A stretch of DNA of 64,000 bases from Myxococcales bacterium (GTDB lineage: Bacteria; Myxococcota_A; UBA9042): positions 34,963 through 98,962 of the forward strand of contig JBBISH010000007.1 in the NCBI GenBank assembly GCA_037441385.1, read 5' to 3'. Below the pieces are notes generated by a model. It made no database searches and was not told the origin of the DNA. It saw only the letters and a program-made list of their open reading frames with translations. A program made the position numbers and the translations under genes. Of this stretch, positions 58,263 through 64,000 are shown piece after piece (the first letter of the stretch is position 1; each line of letters begins with the position of its first letter).

Positions 58263-58945
58263 TTGGCGGCCTCGTCGCCCTGCTCCAAGCGGAAGCCCAC
58301 GCCGCGCACGGTGCGCACGCCCACTTGCGTCGAGCCGAGTTCCGCGAGCTTCTTGCGCAGATAGCCGATATACACGTCGACTACGTTGGGTTCACCGTCA
58401 AAGGCCGGGCCCCAAACGCGCGCCAGCAATTCGCTCCGCGTCAGGACGTCGCCTGGGTGTTCAAAAAGCTCGCGCAACAACTGGTACTCGCGGGCAGTCA
58501 CGGCAACCTCGCGATCACGCAGCCGAAGCAGGCGCCGACGCGCATCCAGCACCACGTCGCCAAACTGCAACAGGGCTTGACCTGCGCCGCCGCGGCGTTG
58601 CAGGGCCTCCAGCCGCGCCAACAGCTCGTCAAAAGCAAACGGCTTGACCAAGTAGTCGTCGGCACCGGCCCGCAGCGCTTGCACTTTTTCGGCCGTCTCG
58701 CCACGGGCGGTCAACATCAGCACGGGCATGGACGCGCCGCGACTCCGCCAGTTGCGCAGCACGGTCAGCCCATCGACCGCCGGCAGCATCCAGTCCAAAA
58801 TGGCCACATCGTAGGGCAGTTGCATGCCCTGGTCGATGGCCAAGTCGCCGCGATCGCAGGTGTCGACCTGGTGCCCGTCTTCTTGCAGCCCGCGCACCAA
58901 GCTGCGGGCCAGCCGTTCCTCGTCTTCAACCAAGAGTATTCGCAT
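58259..58945 (-). CDS. OmpR-family response regulator (CzcR/CusR-like)
   Basis: MRILLVEDE, ILDWMLP, GADDYLVKPF, NVVDVYIGYLRKKL and TVRGVGF. Confidence 0.92.
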   Translation of the reverse strand: MRILLVEDEERLARSLVRGLQEDGHQVDTCDRGDLAIDQGMQLPYDVAILDWMLPAVDGLTVLRNWRSRGASMPVLMLTARGETAEKVQALRAGADDYLVKPFAFDELLARLEALQRRGGAGQALLQFGDVVLDARRRLLRLRDREVAVTAREYQLLRELFEHPGDVLTRSELLARVWGPAFDGEPNVVDVYIGYLRKKLAELGSTQVGVRTVRGVGFRLEQGDEAAK

Positions 58946-59026
58946 CGAGTCATCGCTTGGCGACCAGCGCCGCGGTGAGCATAGCACAAACAAAACGGGC
59001 CAGGAGACTGGCGGAGCGCAATGCAA

Positions 59027-59055
59027 TTATGTAGCACTATCCATTCGTTATGTAG
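59027..59055. promoter_or_regulatory. Direct repeat TTATGTAG x2 (21-bp period) in the regulator/kbl divergent region
   Basis: Copies at 59027-59034 and 59048-59055 in an AT-rich patch. Confidence 0.4.
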
Positions 59056-59156
59056 ATTCGTCGCGTTTCTCCGACAGGCTCCTTGCTGACGGCCCGCCCC
59101 GGCTGTGCTAATACGCGGCGCGCACGGCCCACCACCTTGGGCCCCAGCGAGGCAGC

Positions 59157-60350
59157 ATGTACTCTCAAACCCAGGCGCGCTTTGAACAAACACTGGCCGA
59201 CATCGAGTCCGCCGGCCTGACCAAGCCCGAGCGCGTGATCGTTACGCCCCAGGGCGCGACCATCGCCGTCACCAGCGGACGGCAAGTCCTGAACTTTTGC
59301 GCCAACAACTACCTGGGTCTGGCCAACCACCCGGCCATCGTGCAAGCGGCCCACGCCGGCCTGGACGAATGGGGCTACGGCCTGTCCTCGGTCCGCTTCA
59401 TTTGCGGCACCCAAGCCATCCACAAGCGGCTAGAGGCGGCCATTGCGGCCTTCTTTGGCACCGACGACACGATCCTCTACTCGTCGTGCTTCGACGCCAA
59501 CGGCGGCGTGTTCGAAACGCTGATGGAGCAAGAAGATGCTGTGATCTCCGACGCGCTGAACCACGCCTCGATCATCGACGGAATTCGCCTGTGCAAAGCC
59601 GAGCGCTACCGCTACGAACACGGCAACCTGGCCGACCTGGAACGCTGCTTGCAAGAGAGCCAGGCGCAGCGCAGCCGGCTGGTGGTCACCGATGGCGTGT
59701 TCTCGATGGACGGCGACGTGGCGAACCTGAGCGCTATCGCCGACTTGTGTGACAAGTACCAGGCGATCCTGATGGTCGACGAGAGCCACTCGACCGGATT
59801 CTTTGGCCCAGGCGGTCGCGGTGTACCGGCACACCACGGCGTGCAGCGGCGCGTCGACCTCATCAGCTCCACCTTGGGCAAGGCGCTGGGCGGCGCGTCG
59901 GGCGGCTTCGTCACTGGCCACAAGGCGATGATCGACCTGCTGCGCCAGCGCTCTCGGCCGTATTTGTTCAGCAATACCTTGGCGCCGGCCATCGCCGCCG
60001 CTAGCCTGGCCGCCCTGGAACTCATCGAGCGGGGCGACGATTTGCGCGCCCGGCTGGCAGCCAACACCCAGCGCTTCCGCACCGCCATGGCCGAGGCAGG
60101 GTTCCAGGTCCGTCCCGGCATCCACCCGATCGTGCCGGTGATGCTGGGCGACGCCAAACTGGCCCAAGACATGGCCCGCATGCTGCTGGAAGAAGGCATC
60201 TACGTCATCGGCTTCTCGTTCCCGGTGGTGCCGCGCGGTCAAGCACGGATTCGCGTGCAGCTGTCGGCCGGGCACCAGCCCGAGCACGTGGAACAGGCCA
60301 TCGCCGCTTTCGTCAAAGTTGGCAAGCACTTGGGTGTGTTGCCCTCCTAG
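59157..60350 (+). CDS. kbl: Glycine C-acetyltransferase (2-amino-3-ketobutyrate CoA ligase)
   Basis: VLNFCANNYLGL, SVRFICGTQ, SCFDANGG, STLGKALGGASGG, RQRSRPYLFSN and ARIRVQLSA. Confidence 0.95.
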   Translation: MYSQTQARFEQTLADIESAGLTKPERVIVTPQGATIAVTSGRQVLNFCANNYLGLANHPAIVQAAHAGLDEWGYGLSSVRFICGTQAIHKRLEAAIAAFFGTDDTILYSSCFDANGGVFETLMEQEDAVISDALNHASIIDGIRLCKAERYRYEHGNLADLERCLQESQAQRSRLVVTDGVFSMDGDVANLSAIADLCDKYQAILMVDESHSTGFFGPGGRGVPAHHGVQRRVDLISSTLGKALGGASGGFVTGHKAMIDLLRQRSRPYLFSNTLAPAIAAASLAALELIERGDDLRARLAANTQRFRTAMAEAGFQVRPGIHPIVPVMLGDAKLAQDMARMLLEEGIYVIGFSFPVVPRGQARIRVQLSAGHQPEHVEQAIAAFVKVGKHLGVLPS

Positions 60351-61115
60351 CAGCAAGGGCGCTTTGGCCGCGCCGTGCGGACCTCCGTGTTGGCTCGTGC
60401 CAACGAACGCCCACCTACGCCTCGTCTTTCAACGCGCTGCGTCAACTCAAGCGAATGGGCCACAGGTCCCTCTCCACCCGGCGTTCCGCTGGGCCTTTCC
60501 TGATTCCATGTCGTTTCTGAGCGGGCCGCGCCGACCGGACCTGCAGATCTGCGATCGGGCTGCGCGGCCCAAGAGGCAAGACGGCGTGCCTTTGCTGCTT
60601 TCGGCAACGAACGCGCGGTCATCACACGATGCTTACTTCTCTTCACGGATTCCCATGTCCGTTGACTTCGCTGCATTATCAGGTACATAGACAATTACAC
60701 CCGCCAAGACCCGGTCCATCCCAGGCTTGGCATTCCGTGCCGCCATGGTAATGTGGTCAAGGCCTGCCAACGATGGACAGTGCCCCGTAAGCAAGACCGC
60801 CTCCCTCCCCCCTCTGCCGGCGGTTCGAGCTTGCCATCGCGTTCCCGAGATTCCGCCTTGCCCCGAGCACTGCTGGAATTTCGCGCCCATGGAACGCCTA
60901 GACCCTTGCACCGACCGCCCTACCCGGAGGGCGGATGCCGTCGAGTCGGAATGTCCCGTGGCGTGGTGAGCCCGCGCCAGGCATTCGTGATTCGGAGGTT
61001 CGCGCGGTGTGCGGGCGACACAAGCTGGTGAGCTCAAACACGATAACCCGATTGCTTTGAAAGCTCCCCGCCTGCGGCCCAACTTGCACGGGCCCGAAAT
61101 TGAAGAGAGGTTGAG

Positions 61116-61355
61116 ATGACGATGCGCAATGGTACCGCCACCGAATTCCTGCTGGGCACGCTGAACACCCATTCCGACCGCGAAATCCAAATCGCCGAGC
61201 TGTTCGATTTGGCTAGTGGAAAGTTTACCAAGATGAACTTGCGTGAAGCTCTGTTGAGACTGCATGAAAAAGGCTACGTCACCAAGGTCAACGACGACGA
61301 CCGTAGCGTCTGGTGGTCCATTACCGCCGACGGGATCCGCGCCATCCAGGCGTAG
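61116..61355 (+). CDS. Small winged-helix-like protein
   Basis: GAGAGG SD; LREALLRLHEKGYV...WSITADG resembles a wHTH recognition helix and wing. Confidence 0.55.
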   Translation: MTMRNGTATEFLLGTLNTHSDREIQIAELFDLASGKFTKMNLREALLRLHEKGYVTKVNDDDRSVWWSITADGIRAIQA

Positions 61356-61632
61356 TGTCGCGCCTACCCGCGCCTAGCTATTCAGGATTCGTAGCTTGCG
61401 ATCCGCCCCCTTGGTGCCAAGGGGGCCGCAGCTCCATGGCGAGTGCGCCAACTGGAACTTGGGTAGTTGGATCGGCGTTTGGGATCGCAGTAACCACAGC
61501 ACAGCTTGCTGCCATGCAAGCGCGGTCGGGCCTGGCGCCGTGAGGGCGGCGCGTTCCGCGGATATTGCCGACTGCGGGGCAATTTCGTTAGTCTACGCGC
61601 TCGGTCGCCGGGGTTGGCGACTCAGATCGGGT

Positions 61633-64000
61633 ATGCCGCACTCCTCCACTGCCACCGCCCCATTGGACCTTCTGCGCAGCCGCTCCCGATCGGGGTGGCT
61701 GCACGCCTGCGTTGCCTGGGGTTGCGTGGCCGCCTTGGCCGGCTGCTACGAGACCCAGTTCGGCCCAGGCGACGCCCTCAGTGGCGATCAGCTCGCGGCA
61801 GGCGATGGACCGGCCGCAGATGGGAGCACCCCAAGCGACAGCGCAATCGGCAGCGACGGCACCGGCGACGCAAGCCAAGATGGGCAGCCAGGCGATGGCG
61901 ACGCCCTGACGGGCGACACCCAGACAGGTGGCAATTGCACGGGCGGTCCCGGCAGTGCGGGCTGTACCTGCACGGCAGGCAGTGACTGCACGGCGGGGAT
62001 CTGCCTGCCCACTTCCGAGGGCAAGAAGTGCGCGGTGTTCTGCACCGAGGGCAACTGCCAGCCCGATCACGTATGCGGAGCCGTGGACGTCAGCGCCACC
62101 GCGGGCGGCCCAGTCACCAAGTACGGGGTGTGCCTGCCCCGCTGGCCCAAGCGCTGCCTGCCGTGCCAGACCGACAGCGTGTGCGGCCACGCCGCCGACA
62201 AGACCGCCGCGTGCATTGACCTGGCCGGAGGCAACGGCGCCGGGGGGCGCTTCTGCGCCGACTCGTGCAAGTCCGACGGCGATTGCCCCAGCGGCGACAG
62301 CTGCCTGCCCAGGTCGAACGCCGCTGGCGACATCGCGCAAGCCTGCGTACCCAAAGACAACAAGTGCACGTGCAGCGGCCTTGCAGTCGAACTGGCGGCC
62401 ACCACGGCGTGCACCCGCACGGCACCAGGTATGGGTGTGTGCAAAGGCAGCCTGGCCTGCTCGGCCGCCGGCTTGAGCGCATGCAGCGCGCCCGTCCCCG
62501 TGGCCGAGGCCTGCAACGGCCTGGACGACGATTGCGACGGCGCCACCGACGAGGTGGACACCTCGCCCCTGTGCGACGACGGCAACCTGTGCACCGACGA
62601 CAGCTGCGGCGGCAGCGCCGGCTGCGTCCACCTGCCCAACGCGGCCACCTGCAACGACGGCGACGCCTGCACCAATCCCGACGTGTGCACCGGCGGCAAG
62701 TGCACCGGCGAAGCGGCCGCCTGCGAGGACCTAAACCCCTGCACCAGCGACAAGTGCGACTCGGAAGCGGGCTGCGTCTACGTGGCGTTGACGGTGCCGT
62801 GCGACGATGGCAGCGCGTGTACCGCCGGGGACATGTGCACCGACGGTTCTTGCAAGTCCGGGGCCACGATCAAGTGCGACGACAACAACCCTTGCACCAA
62901 CGACTGGTGCGACGCGAGCAAGGGCTGCGTGTTCTTGCCCAACGACGCGACCTGCGACGACGGCAACTCGTGCACGGGCGTCGACATGTGCAGCGGTGGC
63001 AAATGCCAAGGGCCCAGCCTCACCTGCGACGATGGCTGGGGCTGCACCACCGATACGTGCGACGCCGTCGCCGGTTGCAGCTTTGTGGTCAAGGACACCG
63101 GCTGCGGCACGGCCACCTTGCCGTACACGGCTCCGTTCACCTGCGGCGATCCGGCCATCGCGGCCTGGCATGTCACGGCGGCCGGAATCGGCATGGCCAA
63201 CCCGCAGCCGCCCCTTTTGCAGTGGGCGGTGGATGCCCTGCCGCAAGTGACCGCCGACGGCTCGTGCACGTTGAACATGAACAACGGCAAGGACTTGACC
63301 TGCGGCCTTGGCCAGTCGTGGATCAACCAGACCGCCGACTCGCCGCTCATTGACGCCACCAGCCTTGCCGTGGGCGCGCCCTTGATTCTGCAGTTCGAGA
63401 GTGCGGGAAGTTGGGCCGCCAGCCAGACCGCCAAGGTCTTTGCCCGCGTCGACGGCGGCGCCTTTGACGAACTGGCCAAACCGCCGGCCACCGGACTGCT
63501 CTGGGGCAAAGCCATCCTGGATGTGTCCAAGTACGCCGGCAAAAAGTTCCAGATCCGCTTTGGCTTTACCGCCCCAGACTGCAGCGCGACCAGCGGCGGC
63601 GGCTGGTTCCTGCGCAATTTCAAAGTGGCGGTCGACCCCTGCGCCACCAGCAACGGCGGCTGCGCCGGCAACGCCCTCTGCAGCGTGGGCACCAACAATG
63701 CCGCGGTCTGCACCTGCATGGACGGCTACGCGGGCAACGGCACGGTGTGCAACGACGTGGATGAGTGCAAGAACGGCACCGCCAAATGCGCGGCGGGGAG
63801 CGTATGCAGCAACACGCCAGGTTCCTTTTCGTGCGGCTGCGGTCCCGGCTACACGGGCGACGGCCAAGTCTGCACCGATATCAACGAATGCGCCTTGAAC
63901 ACGGCGGGTTGCTCGGCCGACGCCACCTGCACCAACCAGCCGGGCAGCTTCACGTGCACTTGCAAGCCGGGCTACACGGGCAACGGCAAGAGCTGCACCG
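61633..64000 (+). CDS. Large Cys-rich surface lipoprotein with CDDGNxCTxDxC repeats and calcium-binding EGF domains, truncated by the window end
   Basis: Not in the ORF track because it is open at the edge. Manual translation MPHSS...VAALAGCYETQF (lipobox), EACNGLDDDCDG, several CDDGNxCT units, a beta-sandwich-like insert, then DVDEC...CSNTPGSFSCGC and DINEC...CTNQPGSFTCTC. Confidence 0.88.
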   Translation, partial: MPHSSTATAPLDLLRSRSRSGWLHACVAWGCVAALAGCYETQFGPGDALSGDQLAAGDGPAADGSTPSDSAIGSDGTGDASQDGQPGDGDALTGDTQTGGNCTGGPGSAGCTCTAGSDCTAGICLPTSEGKKCAVFCTEGNCQPDHVCGAVDVSATAGGPVTKYGVCLPRWPKRCLPCQTDSVCGHAADKTAACIDLAGGNGAGGRFCADSCKSDGDCPSGDSCLPRSNAAGDIAQACVPKDNKCTCSGLAVELAATTACTRTAPGMGVCKGSLACSAAGLSACSAPVPVAEACNGLDDDCDGATDEVDTSPLCDDGNLCTDDSCGGSAGCVHLPNAATCNDGDACTNPDVCTGGKCTGEAAACEDLNPCTSDKCDSEAGCVYVALTVPCDDGSACTAGDMCTDGSCKSGATIKCDDNNPCTNDWCDASKGCVFLPNDATCDDGNSCTGVDMCSGGKCQGPSLTCDDGWGCTTDTCDAVAGCSFVVKDTGCGTATLPYTAPFTCGDPAIAAWHVTAAGIGMANPQPPLLQWAVDALPQVTADGSCTLNMNNGKDLTCGLGQSWINQTADSPLIDATSLAVGAPLILQFESAGSWAASQTAKVFARVDGGAFDELAKPPATGLLWGKAILDVSKYAGKKFQIRFGFTAPDCSATSGGGWFLRNFKVAVDPCATSNGGCAGNALCSVGTNNAAVCTCMDGYAGNGTVCNDVDECKNGTAKCAAGSVCSNTPGSFSCGCGPGYTGDGQVCTDINECALNTAGCSADATCTNQPGSFTCTCKPGYTGNGKSCT

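Noticed and set aside
60347..61265. ORFs 60347..60694 and 60633..61265 (minus strand)
   Set aside because: No codon bias or motifs, and they overlap better-supported genes.

Overview
High-GC bacterial chromosomal window, most consistent with a Myxococcota-like deltaproteobacterium (inferred from a MYXO-CTERM tail and many Cys-rich lipoproteins). Left end: a class I (ATP-dependent) benzoyl-CoA reductase pathway operon on the minus strand (had-oah-dch-tetR-bcrC-bcrB, running off the window), divergent from a lone menB. Next come an accessory block (WD40, HEAT and hypothetical proteins), a probable cobalamin uptake operon with a fused permease-ATPase, several lipoproteins, yyaL-like, aat, a MoxR/VWA pair, a divergent ApbE homologue and gluQ. 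These are followed by a secreted phage-fibre-like adhesin and, divergent from it, a ~1870-aa thioester alpha-2-macroglobulin. That protein has an N-terminal degenerate ECF-sigma-like segment plus a zinc anti-sigma (HxxxCxxC) module and four hydrophobic helices inserted next to its bait-like region; it is the best candidate for an undescribed system (a membrane-anchored protease sensor/trap). The right part has a GMC oxidoreductase pair behind a small secreted EKSC-repeat peptide, a decayed MYXO-CTERM gene, czcCBA, htpG, an OmpR-type two-component pair, kbl and a truncated EGF-repeat lipoprotein. Two dispersed MITE-like repeat families are present, and one copy lies in-frame in the 5' end of the ApbE gene. 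No rRNA, tRNA, CRISPR array or transposase was seen. All assignments come from motif recognition by eye; no searches were run.
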